A DNA stretch of 64,000 bases from Moniliella sp. 'wahieum' (Eukaryota). This document shows positions 51,185 to 63,474 of this stretch, piece after piece; position 1 is the first letter of the stretch, and every line of letters begins with the position of its first letter. The stretch is from NCBI GenBank assembly GCA_003971905.1, contig RSEE01000009.1:558001-622000 (forward strand), written 5' to 3'. The notes beneath the pieces are model-generated. The model searched no databases, had not been told where the DNA came from, and saw only the letters and a list, made by a program, of their open reading frames with translations. Made by a program: the position numbers and the translations under genes.

Positions 51185-54144
51185 TTACGACATTAAGACG
51201 CAGTACGCTAGATTGGGGCTATGCAACCGATTCAGTATTGAGCAGGTACATTGCGTATCGTCCGACGTACAAGGGTTCAACGTCCAACGTTCAACGGTCC
51301 TGATCACGTCGCCCGCGCTGCTGCTGTCGCTGCCGCTGCCGCCGTTGTTTCCGGCGGCGTAGGGCCCGACGTAACCCCACTCGGCCCAGCCAGGGACGCC
51401 CGCCGTTCGTTCACGTTCCCACTGGGACAGCAGCGCCCAATCCACCACCCGACTGCCCACTTGGAGGATGCGCTGACACGCGCCTACCCCCGTCCCGGCT
51501 TCAGCCGCGAGCCACGCACCCGACGAGCCCGACATGGACGTCGAAGCGCCTGCCCGTGTCGGACCGGACTTGGCACCGGACAGAAACTCGGCCGAGAGCG
51601 CAGGTGCCAGCGCACGTGGCGGTACAGTGCTCTCAGCGGGATGAGTGGACGCAGTGGGGGTGGGATGGGGACGCGTACGCTCCGCATGGTGCCGAGCCCG
51701 GCGAGAACGGGACGTGGGGCAACGAACCACAGCGCCATGCATCGCTGCGAGCGGGCGATCTTGTGGTCGAGTATAGCCTGCCTGGTTGGACAGGTCGATA
51801 TCCCGGTCCTCGTCGAGGTCGTTGTCCATGTCCAGGTCCAGGTCCAGGTCGTTGTCTAGGTCCAGGTCTACGTCGTTGTCCAGATCGACCGATGGAACGA
51901 GAGCTTCCACCTCGTCTTGGTCCTGTTCGGAATCGGAGGCGGGGGCATAGGCCATTTCGTCCTCCACGGGGGAGGGGAACAGATCCGTCCCCTCTCCCCC
52001 TTGCCCTCTTCAAGTTCGGGCGGGAGGAAGGTTTGGACGACCGGGTGAAGGAAACGAGGTTCGTACCGATACGCACGGCCCGCGCCCAAATCTTTCATCA
52101 GTTTGGTCTGAGCGTTCCGAATGTGCATGGGGACCGGGTAGGAAGGAGTGTGGTGGACGAGATTGGTAGCACGTTGCCAAGCGCGGTAGGCACGTGTATC
52201 TTTTGGACTCTCCGCGAGGTAGACGGCCGTTTGCGCTAACGTTTCGCCTGCCTCGGGCAACCCCACCACTTGGACCGCCGTGTAGGTCGCAATGGCCATT
52301 TGGAGGGCAAGAGGGTTACTCCCACAATCTTCACTCGCAGCAATAATCATCCTACGCGCCACGTAGAGCGGATCGTCCCCGGCAGCTACCATGCGCGCCA
52401 ACCAGTACACCGCTGCCGACGCATCCCCTCCCCGAATGGACTTGTGCAGAGCAGAGATGGCATCGTAGTGCCAATCGCCACTACGGTCGTACGCCAGAGC
52501 AGAACGAACTTTAGCTGTGCGCAGTGCTTGAATTACCCGTTCGGTCGTGGTGGCCTCGCTAGCTTGGTCGGCCTCGTTCTCTTGGCGGCCCGCTTGCACC
52601 GGTTTCGACGACGTTGACTCAGGAGGAGACATTGCATCGCTAGCCAAGGCCCAAGCGAGTTCGAGTGTGTTGAGAGCCGTGCGGGCATCGCCATCGGCGT
52701 TCGAGGCAATGTAGTGCAGTACACCCGGACACGGGGCATTCGCCGGGCGGATGACTGGCAAGAGGCGACGATGCAGGTGGGGGGACAGCAGAGGTAGAGG
52801 GGAAGGCGAGCTGGAGGAGGGGGAAGGCGCACCCGAACCAGCGGCGGGGGTGCAAGAGGCGTGGGATCATCAGCGGTACGCTCCGAGACAGGCAGTGGGG
52901 CCTGGGCCAGCTGGATCGGGGGTCGTATTACTTGATGTACGGGTCGTACCGGCCGCACGGGGCGCATGGGTTGCGGGGAAGACGAGGTGTTGAGCACGAC
53001 GGAGGATGGCAAGAACGTTGGGAGCGTCAAGTCGTTGAAGGAGCACGACGCGCATGCGGCTCAGAGGGCGGGAACGATGCGAAAGCTTGGGTTCTCCTGG
53101 TAGCAGCGATGAGGCAAATGGTACCCATCTCAACGGCCGCCAAGAATGCATCTTGCAATCCGCGGTTGATCCGTTGAAACTCATCCACCATCACCATAGT
53201 GCGTGTCCCCGTGCGACGCAACCGCGCCCCTGCATCTTGGAGCGTCGCTTTGATTTCCGGTAGGCCCGTGGTGATTGCACTGAGCTCGACGGTGCGCCAC
53301 TTGGCAGGGGCAGGGTTGGAAGCTGGGTCTGCATCGGCCGCTGGATCGGCGCGGGTGGTGGAAAGGGTGGAATGGGGATGAGAACGAGAATGGAGGGTGG
53401 ATGGGTTCTTGAGGTGGTACGCAATGATGCGCGCCAAGGTAGTTTTGCCCGTACCGGGTGGGGCCCAGAGGATGAGCGAAGGTGGGCCCCGCGGCGCACG
53501 CAGCAACGCACGCAACGTCCGCACCGCCGCTTCTTGCCCTACAAACTCATCCAACGTCCGGGGCCGCATCCGCTCCGCCAACGGCGCCGCATCCGCCACT
53601 GCTGCGCTCTCGTCCCGCCCGCCATCACGCTCCCACCAACCTCGGTCCCGCTTTGCGACACATACCCGATCCCCATGCCGTAACCAGGAGCAGAAGCGGA
53701 GGCGGGTGCGACGTGGGCATGGGCCCGTCCTTTGGGTGCTGCGCCGGCAGAGACGGGCAGGGCGGCGAAGGGGTGTCGGTCCACAGGCCCACGCTGCGCG
53801 CGGCTGGGTCGACTGGCGGGTGGAGAGCGGGGTGGGGGACGGGCGGCGGCCATGAGGGAACGGAATGCGCCGCTTGGCGTGGGTGGGGGGTGATCGGGGG
53901 AGACGCGCGTGCGTTTGCGCGGTGGGTCGGGGGAGGCGTCGTCGTCGGAGGTGAGGTCGAGGGCTTGGGCGTGGGACTTGGGCTTGGGCTCCGGCTTGGG
54001 CTCGGGCTGAGACGGCGGAGAGGGAGCGCTGGTGGTGAGGCAGAGGTCGAGATGGTCGTTGAGGTGGGTGAGGCGCATGGCCTTGAGGCAGTTGGGGCAG
54101 GACACCTGCTCCTGCCCGTCGGGCATGGCGTCGGCGATGGCCAT
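51185..54144 (-). CDS. MGS1: AAA+ ATPase Mgs1/WRNIP1 with N-terminal UBZ finger (3' end uncertain)
   Basis: VSCPNC....LNDHLDLC (UBZ); PLAERMRPRTLDEFVGQ; WAPPGTGKTTLA; VDEFQR..QD; GDARTALNTLE; HYDAISALHKSIRGGD...YWLARM; VPMHIRNA.TKLMKDLG. Confidence 0.93.
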
Positions 54145-54222
54145 GGCGGTGGTGGCAAACAGCAAAGCAGAATGCATGCTGATCAAGCTCAGGCCATTAA
54201 ATACTAGCTGCTGCGAGCTGCT

Positions 54223-54236
54223 CGCGACGCGTCGCG
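54223..54236. promoter_or_regulatory. 14-bp palindrome containing an MCB (ACGCGT) upstream of MGS1
   Basis: CGCGACGCGTCGCG about 80 bp upstream of the MGS1 start; function is inferred. Confidence 0.4.
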
Positions 54237-54379
54237 CAGCGCCGGGCGGATTACCTCAGCAGGCGGGCGAGGCGCCCGGGCACCTGAAACGAGACGCCGG
54301 GACGCACTTTTTCTGGTCTGAGGCATGGCAATCGCAATCCAATTAGGAGGAGCGCAGCCAGACACCCGGTCGGCCAAGA

Positions 54380-56634
54380 TTATACAATGCCGGCGCAGCC
54401 AACCCACACCGATCGCTGGCCCTCCCGCTTCTCACCGCCAAGCGTCCGCAACACCCCCATCCACACCTCCGCCTCACGCACGCGACCCGCCCGGCGATGG
54501 CGCCGGTCGCCGCCTCCGCGCCGCCTCCTCCTCGCCTGTCCCGTCCGAGTCGGGCGACGGCCGTTTGCGGCCTCTGGGCCCGGCGACGGGCCATGCACAG
54601 GCTCTGCCGTCTCCGCCTCCGCCTCCACACCGTCCCCCTCACGTCCCCGCCCATCCCCATCCACAGATGCAGATGCAGATACAGATACCGAACCCGAGCC
54701 CGACGCCGGGACCAAGAGTGGCAAGGGCGAGCCCATGGACGGAGCAAGGGGGGGAGCACGCGGCTCGCGTGGCAACCGTTCCGAAATGCCAGGACGACGG
54801 TCGGAATGGACATCATGCACATGCACAGCGTCCTGGCTCCGATCCTCATTCGAAGTGCCTTCCCCTTCCGCCACGTTCACGTTCACGTTCACGTTCACGT
54901 TCACAGTCATATCGGCATTCATGTCGACGTTCCTATTCCTCTCTTCGTCACGTGCGGGCGGGGGGGAGAAAGGCAGCGGCGCGTGAGTAGGTGGCAGCGT
55001 AGGTGGCACGGCAGAACGGATCGAGTCGGCAGAGTCGGTAGAGGGGAGAGGGTGTGCAGAGGGGATAGAGTGGATAGGGTGGATAGGACGGGGAGAGTGG
55101 GTGGGGACGTTAATGGAAGGAGGAGGAAGCACGGGCACAGGTGCAGGCGCAGATGCAGACGAATGCGCAGCTCCCTCTCGCGTGGGGCGGGGGAAGGAAG
55201 CCTCCACCTCGCTCGAGATCGAAGAGCGTACAGAACCAGAATCAACGGCGGCAACGTCGTTTGTAGCAGAACCACCGGCATCCTCAGCAACAACGGAGGC
55301 GCCGTTCACACCTACCACACCAGCATCGCCTGCCACAATCACTACCAGCACCATCCTCCGGCCCTGCACCAGGCCGTACGTCCCCCTCGGATGCAGGGGG
55401 CACGACGGCGCCTTCGGGGTCGAGCTGCAGGGCGCGGGAGCGTGTTTGGAGCTGGACACTACTGGTTCGGGCCGCCTCGGCAAACGCGCGGTCCAACTCG
55501 GCGGCTTCCTGGGGATCTTCCACATCCGCTTCCAAGTCGGCGTAGGCGCGGCACATAGGGCACGTAAACGCCGGATGACAGCGGAGCAACAGGGGGCGAA
55601 TGCACTTGTAGTGAAACGCATGCGAGCACGGTGCGAGAAACAACGATTGGCACACCGATACGTTGAAGAGGCAGATGCAGCATTCCGATACTGGGGGGGA
55701 GGTGGCCGGGGAAGAGGAGGAAGTGGAGGTTGAAGTAGAAGTGGACGTGGAAAGGGAAGTGGAAGTGGGGTGGGAGGAAGTGGATGCACCGATCGGAGCA
55801 GCCGTTGTAGTTGCACCAGCGGCAGCCGACGCGCCAGGCAGAGCGTCCCCCTCGTAACTGGCTTGGCAACGCTGGTGGCATCATCGGGTTCAGCGTCGTC
55901 GGGATCGTTTCTGGGCTCGTCTCTGGTTCGGCCGGCCGACTGGAGCGTGCGCAGTTGTCGCAAGGCAGCCATGTTGAACTCGTTGGGACGATGTTGCCAG
56001 GAGCGATTGAGTTCGACACGCATCAAGACAGCACGATAGTTCTGTTCGGTGCGCGACTGGTAATCCACCCCGAGCTGAATACAGTCGCCATCGCGAATTT
56101 GGATCGGGGGCGAAGTATGGCCTGGCTCGGCAAGCCGGTGGTGGTTGAGAAACGTACCAGAACTCGAACCGGTGTCACGAAGGAAAAATTGCCCCGTCCA
56201 ATCGCACCAGAGATGCGCGTGACTGCGACTGACCACCTTGCTCAAAAACGAAATCCGCTCTTGTCGATCCACCCGCCTTCGCCCCCCTGGCTGGGGATCG
56301 TGCCGCCCCGTGCGCCCGGACGCGGGTGCAATACCGCCGTAGGAGGTGGGCAAACATTCGGCCGGCTACCCCGGTCCGGTCGGTGAAGCGGCCAACGTGA
56401 ATCACTGGCGATGGCTGCACTGGCGAGACGGGGGTCAAGTCGCGCTCGATCGCATCGAACACAGGAGTGCGGCTGCGGGAGATATGGGGGACGAGACGGA
56501 TGCGGTAGGTGGGTGGTGTGGTGGAGGGAGGAGGGTGCTGGCACGGATGCGGGTCGAGGGGGCGGAGGGGACGAGGGGGCAGAGGGGTCGGGCGGGGCGT
56601 GGGGCGTGGGAGCGGCCATGGGGCGGTCAGACAT
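54380..56634 (-). CDS. DMA1: FHA + RING-H2 E3 ubiquitin ligase (Dma1/Dma2 family; 3' end uncertain)
   Basis: IRLVPH, VGRFTDR, SKVVSRSHA, RDTGSSSGTFLNH, DGDCIQLGVDYQ (FHA); ECCICL...LFLAPCSHAFHYKC...CPMCRAYADLEADVE (RING-H2). Confidence 0.92.
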
Positions 56635-57324
56635 GGGGCAATAGCGACGACGGTAGCGACGGGGGCTAAGGGTGGCGCCAGCGATGGAAATGGGGCGATG
56701 GGGCGAGGGGGCGAGGGGGAGAGAGGGGGCGAGGCGAGGGCGAGGGTGCTGGCGAAGACGACGGCGGTGGGGATGGCAAGGGGGAGGGAGAGGAGGCGGT
56801 GGTGGAAGCGAGCGCTTGGGCCGAGTGGAGAGGCCGCCAGCCAGCTGCGGCCCCCCCCGCCCGCCCACGGAGCTAAGCTAACCCTTCCGCCGCCCCGTTC
56901 CGCCCCGCCCAGCCCCGACTCGGCCGCAGCCGAATTGAACACCAGACGGAAACAAGCATCGAGGTACGACTTGATCTAAGCGCCACCCCTCTCCCCTCCT
57001 CCCGCCACCCGTCCACTGGACCACTGCATCCGACAGCTGCCCTCATCCTGCCCGTCTGCTCGTGTGTGCTCTCATCCGCACCACGACGGTCATTCGCGAC
57101 CCGTGGATCGCAGCCCCTCAACCCTGAGATCTGATATCTGACGTCAGACCATGAACGCATCCGTGCATTGCAAGCCCATAGCGATAGCCAAGTAGCCTCT
57201 CTTCCTGCCGCCCGCCCATCCCACGCAACGTTCACCTCCACGAATCATTCTCGCCCCGGTCCAGTACACGCTTCAGACCAGTATGCTTCAAAGTTACACG
57301 CTTACACGCTTCCAAGCCTCAAGC

Positions 57325-60182
57325 TTACAAGTTCGGGCGAGACGGGGGCAATGGAATAAATGGCAGGAACACATCACGGCAGAGCTTAGCCGGGCAAGCT
57401 ACGCGCCAAATCTCTCTTCGCAGAACACTTGCACGACTCATCAAAGCGAGATCCTTTCCGTTTCGACACGGAGACCACGCATTTGTCTTGCGACCCTTGC
57501 TGCCGTAGCTGCCTTCTCGTTCCACTCTTCCACTCTTCCTGCCTTCCTTGATCCCCTTTCCTTTGCTCTTGGCTCGATCGCCCCCTCTTGGCTCTTGGAT
57601 CCGTAGCCCCCCTCGTTGGTCTTGGCTCCTACCCTCATTCTTCCTCTGAATCCACCACCTGGACCCGGCGCGTAGTCCGCGTCCGGCCCGTCGGCCCGCC
57701 CACGCGGCTCCGTCGCGGTCGGGTCGCGGTCGGAGCCAGCCTCGCGGTCGGAAGCGCGGTCAGAGGGAACGTGGGCAGGGGGTGGGGGTGTGCCCCCCGT
57801 GGCGAAGCCGACATGACGTCCGTCGTACCCCCACCGCCTCTTCCTCCTCCTCTTCTCTCCTCCTCCTCATCATCATCATCCTCACTGTCGTCATACTCAG
57901 GCCCATCCGAATCGTTGTCAATGAACCCGCCAAGTTCCCATGAGAATCAGCGTCGCTTGCGTGGTCCGATTCCGAGTCCACCGACTGAGCCGGCGAATGG
58001 GCATGGGAATGGGAACGGGAATGGGAATGGGGACCCGAAGGGGGATACGAACGATACGAAGGACGAGACGAAGGAGGTTGGGGTGGAACAGGGGCCATTC
58101 CGCTCTCCTCTCCCCTCCCGCTCCCGCACTCCCACCCCACTGACACCGGGTCGCAAGCCCGGTAAAACCGAGGGCAAGGACGGCAAGGCGGACGAAGAGG
58201 AGGCAGATGAATTCTGAAGGTCAGCGCCATAAAGGGGCGAGGAGGTCGGATGCCGCGTGCCTGTTCCACCTCGCCAAGGACCCGGGAGAGCGAGTCCAGG
58301 TCCGGTGGGCCAACGACGGTACACCCGGTGCGTTTGTCGCACTTGCGCATCCGGATCATGACCACCACACACGGTCCATTGCTTCCGACACCAAGCCCGA
58401 TGCCGACGAGCGGGAGGAGGGAGCATCCGTGCGGGTCACAAGGTAGCCTTGATCCACCAAGCCCATCATCACATTCACAATCCGGCGGTCGATCTCGGCA
58501 AAGCGAGTGCGCAAGTCAATGGGATCAGGATCTGTCTCGTCGCCGGTATGGTACGAGAGGGGCATGGGGCCGGTCCGGCCGAGAGAGGGCGTGGTCAGGG
58601 ACACGGTGGGTACTGGCAAGGAGGGGTACACGGCGGCATCGGAATCGGAATCGGATGGGGAGTGAGACTCGCTTTCGCCCCCGTCCCACTCGGCGCCCCA
58701 TTCTTCCAGCTCGTTCATGGCCGCCGAGGGGAACTCGGAGGGAAGGTCGTCGCGCGTGTAACGGTGGCCACTGCAAACACGAATTGGGTCAGCAATTCAT
58801 ATACACAAAGACCAAGAAGAAGGACACTGAGGAGGCGAAAGAGGGTACGTACCACCCCTGACAAATCCAATAGTCCACTTCACTGTGGCATCGGGGACAC
58901 CGCCAAATAAAGTCCTGCTCGTCCCAGCTTAGCGGGAGCGAAGCGGCATGGTCTTGAAACAGATCGTAAAACACCCCGACCGGTTTGCCTTGAGCCAGCG
59001 TTTGCGCTGTACGCAATCGCTCGGTCAGCCCGGCCTGCTCGTCCCGCTCCGCTGCGGTGGGGATTCGGGACTCGGTCTGAGCCTCCCCGCCCACGTCTCC
59101 CTGGTCCGACGAGGGCATCGGGTTCGACGTGGATTCTAATTGGGGGGCCGATGTGGGGCCTGATGTGGGATTCGTCGGATTCGAGTTGGGGTTGGGGGAG
59201 GGAGGGACGTGGTCGTGCCGATACCTTGTCCCAAGTTGGGAAGCTCCCTGATTAGGGATTTAACATGACGGGCGTACAACCTGCGCAGCTGGGCTCCTCC
59301 GCTATCAAGGCGTTCGGTGATCGATTTGGGGATCCACAACTCGATCGGTGCATGGGTGGGTGTGGTGCGGCACCGAGGACAGTGCTTGCGTTGGCTCAAG
59401 AGCGATTCGTTACGATTCAAGCTGTGGTGGAACCAGGAGATGAGGCAGCCAAGGCAGAACACGTGGCCACACGGAACCAAGCTGGTGCAAAGAGCGCGTC
59501 AGTTGTTGTTCCTTCCTTTCCGTCCGTCCGTCCAGCACTTGGGGCAGGTGGGTTGGGTTGGACCGACGGACAGGAAGAGGACAACGACCAAGAAGAAGAA
59601 GAAAAGACGTACGTATGAGGCCGCCAGAAAGGGGAGCAGCAGATGCCACACGACATCTTCTTGGATCCCGCCGAGCAGCTGGGTCTCGCATTTGGCCACC
59701 AGAGCGTATGCGTCAGCCTCGGTCGCTAGCGAAGCGTTGCGGGATCGGAGGGTGCGTGTGAGGAAATGATCCTCTATTCCATCAGGCGCAGACACTGGCG
59801 CTGGCACAGGCGCAGGCGCAGGTGCAGACGCACCGTCAGGCGGAAGCCGAGGGACCGCCGACGCCCCCTGCGTCGGTGGGCGCCGAAGCGGCGGGAGGAG
59901 CGGATGGGTCCAAGTTTCGGCGTTTGCGCACAGGCTGGCCCTCGGCGTCTGGGTCAAGGCCAAGAGTGGCATGCGGAAGGGGAGGGGAGGGCGAGGGCAG
60001 CGTGCGGGCGGCGCGCTTGCGTTTTTTGGAGCGCAGCCGCTTCTTGCCTTGCGGTCGGCGTCGGCGGGGGGGCGAGGGGGAGTGGGCGGGGGCGGCGGTG
60101 GTGGAGGCGGAGGCGGAGCCGGAGCCAGAGCCAGAGGGGCGGCGGCGGGCGAGGAGCGCTTGCTCTTGCTCTTGCTGGCCAT
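57325..60182 (-). CDS. C3HC4 RING E3 ligase, Psh1-like (ends approximate)
   Basis: CGIC..PF.RPH / LVPCGHVFCLGCLISWF...CPRCR; second Cys motif WDEQDFIWRCPRCHSE..WICQG / CGHRY; long acidic tail with GFIDND. Architecture resembles yeast Psh1. Confidence 0.75.
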
Positions 60183-60464
60183 CGTGGTGGAGGGCAGCGG
60201 CATGGCCCCGGGGAACTGGACGTCTGGGCCACCTGGCCCCTGCCACCCGCGCGCCCCTTGCAGGTCCCGTCGGCCGCCGCCCATTCCGTCCATTCCGCCC
60301 AACCCTACGGCGTGGCAGCCGCCCAGGCCAGCCCAAAACATCACCCGTCACGTGCCCACCCAGACACCCGTCACATCACCATCCCCCCCAAAGCAGAAAT
60401 CATACAAAAATAGAAAAAATCAAATAACCCCCCGCCCTCTCTCCCTCCACCGCCTTCGCCCCCC

Positions 60465-63175
60465 ATGGACCCCGCCGAGCCCGACCCCCCGCTCAACCAA
60501 GCCGACATCGACGCCGTCGCCGCCGCATGGCCGCCTCGGGCTGGAGCCTCGACGACCTCGGCGCCCTGGACGACGACGCTGAGGCCGAGCCCGAGGCAGC
60601 CCCCCCTTCCTCCTCCGCCGCCGCCGTGCCTCCGCCGCTTGCCGCCCGCACCACGTCGGGCGCCTCGGATGCTTCCGGTGCTTCGGTGGTCGACGACCAA
60701 CAGGGGAGGAGGAAGAAGAAGCGAGTCATGCCGCCTCTTGGCCCTCTTGTCCGCTGCCACCGCCCCGCCCTCGCCCAAACCCACCGCTCCCCCCAGCTCC
60801 GATCCCGCCCACAACGCTGCCCGCCTTGACGAAGCAGACGGACAGACGCCGTTGGATCCCACGCTGTCCACCCCTTCCATTCCTGCCCCGGCCCCTCCCC
60901 CTCCTCCTGGCGCCGGAGCAGCCCACCCACCCCGCCCCCCCTGGCCTCACCCGCCTCCCCGCCTTCTGCATCGTCGCGCCCTCCCCTCCTGTCGAAGGCG
61001 GAAAACGACGGCGCGGTCGGCCACCCAAGGCGCCCGTGCCGGAATCGACGCAGTTCATTACCACACCCGAGGGCCACGTGATTGGCGAAAGTACCTTCAC
61101 CGCGGCCGGGGTGCACTTGAGTCACAATCGCCCATCCAGCTGGGTTGATGGACGATTGGAGTCATGCCGAGCCGCATCGTACGGCGCCGGGGACGTGATC
61201 TGTCCCTTTCCCGGCTGCGGGAAGTTTTTCCCCAAGAACCGCGCGTACAATTTGAAAGCGCATTTGCGTTGTCATGGCCCTTTTCGGCCGTACAAATGCC
61301 TCGGTGCGAATGGCGTTCACGCGCAAACACGATCTCGACGGCACGCACGCAAACATGTACGTTCCCCCCTTCCTCCTTCTTCGCAATGCTCCCGCCCCAA
61401 CCGATAGAAAGGTTTCTGACTACCACCCCTCCCTCCCCCACTCGCTTTTCCAAAACAAACAAACTTCAGACTGGGGATAAACCGTACCTTGCGAAGTGTG
61501 TTTTGCCTCGTTCCAACGCTCCGACGCGCTACGGCACCATTGGCGTTCGGAACGTGCATGTGGGCTCAGGATTGCCGAGATGGCGCAGGAGGGTACGTTG
61601 GGCCAGCACGCCCATGACTTACTCACCAACGACCCTTTGTTGAGAACCCCTCTGCTCGACGCCCCCGACCACGACCGCCGTGCGCCCGCACCCGCATCCA
61701 CCACCACCACCGCTGCTGCTGCTGCCGCCGCCGCCGCCACCCCAACCCCACTCCCGCCCGGACCCATGTTCCCACTCGGATTTGGACCGGGCCCCGGCAT
61801 GCCTACCTACCTACCTCCCCAGCCCATCAAACGCAAACGCGGTCGACCACGCAAACATGCTGTGCCACCTGTCGCACCGAACGCACCTGTGCCGCCCCCG
61901 TGGTCGATGATGTCGTTCCCCGGGGCCGGGATGGGCGGTGGGATGAGCGGTGGGATGGGAGCGGGCATGCCGCCCATGTTCCCTTACAATCCGTATGGCT
62001 TTTCACCGTTTATGCCGTTTGTCCCGTATGGCTACGGCATGGTTCCTGGGCAAGCGGTCGGACCGCCGGCTGCCACAGGGGTAGCCAGTATCGGCAGTAC
62101 TCGCTCCCGTCCTCGTGGTCGTGCCCACCCGCATTCGCGCTCCCACCTACGATCGCGTTCCACGTCTTCGCGCTCCTCCTCGGGATCGGGATCATCGTCG
62201 GGATCTACATCCGGGTCGGGAACTGCGTCGGGATCGGGGTCGGGATCAGGGTCCGGGTCGGAATCGGGGTCCGGGTCAGGGTCCGAGTCGGAACCCGAGA
62301 CGGATCGGGTGGGTGGGCGCGCTGAACTGGCTCCTGCCACTGAGCGCATGGAGACCAGCCAGGTGACGCAGGCACAGGAGGATACGGGGTTGGGCGCCGC
62401 ACTGCGCCAACTTCAGCGCTTGCAAGATCAATTGGACCGCGAAGAGGCGGTGGGAAAGCCTGCCGCCGCCTCGACCGCTACCCCGCCGCCGCACTCCCCA
62501 CCGTACTCGCACACGGCGCCGCAATCTGTACCTGCACCAGAGCCTGCGCCTGCTTCTGTGCCTGCTTCTGTGCCTGCTTCTGTGCCTGCTTCTGTGCCTG
62601 CTTCTGTGCCTGCATCTGCCCCGGAACCGTACCACCGAACATCGGCGAAGGGGGCGGAAGAGCGTGGGGATGGTACCGTTTCGCCTACGTTGCCCACGTC
62701 GGATCCTTCCCGCATTCCGAGCGAGGAGGGACACGGCAATGAGACCAACGGGGTCGAGGGGGGGTTGGCTTCTGATCCTGCTGCCCCCCGCATGTCGGAT
62801 AAGGATACGGATGCGGATGCTCCAGGGCGGGAGGACCGTGAGTCGGAGCGCAAAGGAGATGCCGCCAAGCTTCCGGCTCCACCCAAGGAACCCCCTGCGA
62901 GCTCTGATGTGGGCTCACATGTGGCCCGACCTGCGGATGAGGGTGCGGATGCAGAGGGGGATGCCGGAGAGGAGATGGAGCTGGGGGATCTGGACGAGGC
63001 GGATCTGGCGCTGCTGTACGCTGCGGCGCAGGAGGTGGAGGTGGAGGAGGTGGCGGCGGCAGAGGCGGTCAAAGAGGCGCAGGAGGCAGAGGTGGCCAAG
63101 ACGAGGGCGAGTGCGGCGCCGAAGCGTGCGGCCGAGGGGAGCGCGGTGGGCGCCAAGCGGCTGCGTGTGGGCTAG
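60465..63175 (+). CDS. C2H2 zinc-finger transcription factor with two AT-hooks
   Basis: CPFPGCGKFF...NLKAHLRCH; YKC..C..AFTRKHDL.RH..KH; intron ~61357-61469; TGDKPY.CEVCFASFQRSDALRHH; AT-hooks KRRRGRPPK and KRKRGRPRK; ends AKRLRVG. Confidence 0.88.
62549..62608 (+). repeat. Coding 12-bp tandem repeat (CCTGCTTCTGTG)x5 = (PASV)5
   Basis: Read directly. Confidence 0.9.
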
Positions 63176-63474
63176 GAGCAGGCGCTGTCCGAGGCATGAC
63201 TTGCTTGCTTGCTTGCTGGATGTATGGATGTATGAATGATGGAGAGAGCGTCTCTTGCCTTCCCTCTCGCCCGTTGCTGGATGGGATCTGTCGTGTGTAG
63301 ATGAGCTATAGATCGGCTATAGTCCCCGCAAAACGCGCGCGCCCTGCCTCGAACCAGCGGCGGCGCGGGCGGACGCCAGCATCCATCAGCAGCTCACGCG
63401 AGACTAGAAATTGAAACGAGCACCGCCGCCTGGGCGCTTCCCACCACCTCGTCTTCGCGTCCGCTTCTTCCGGC

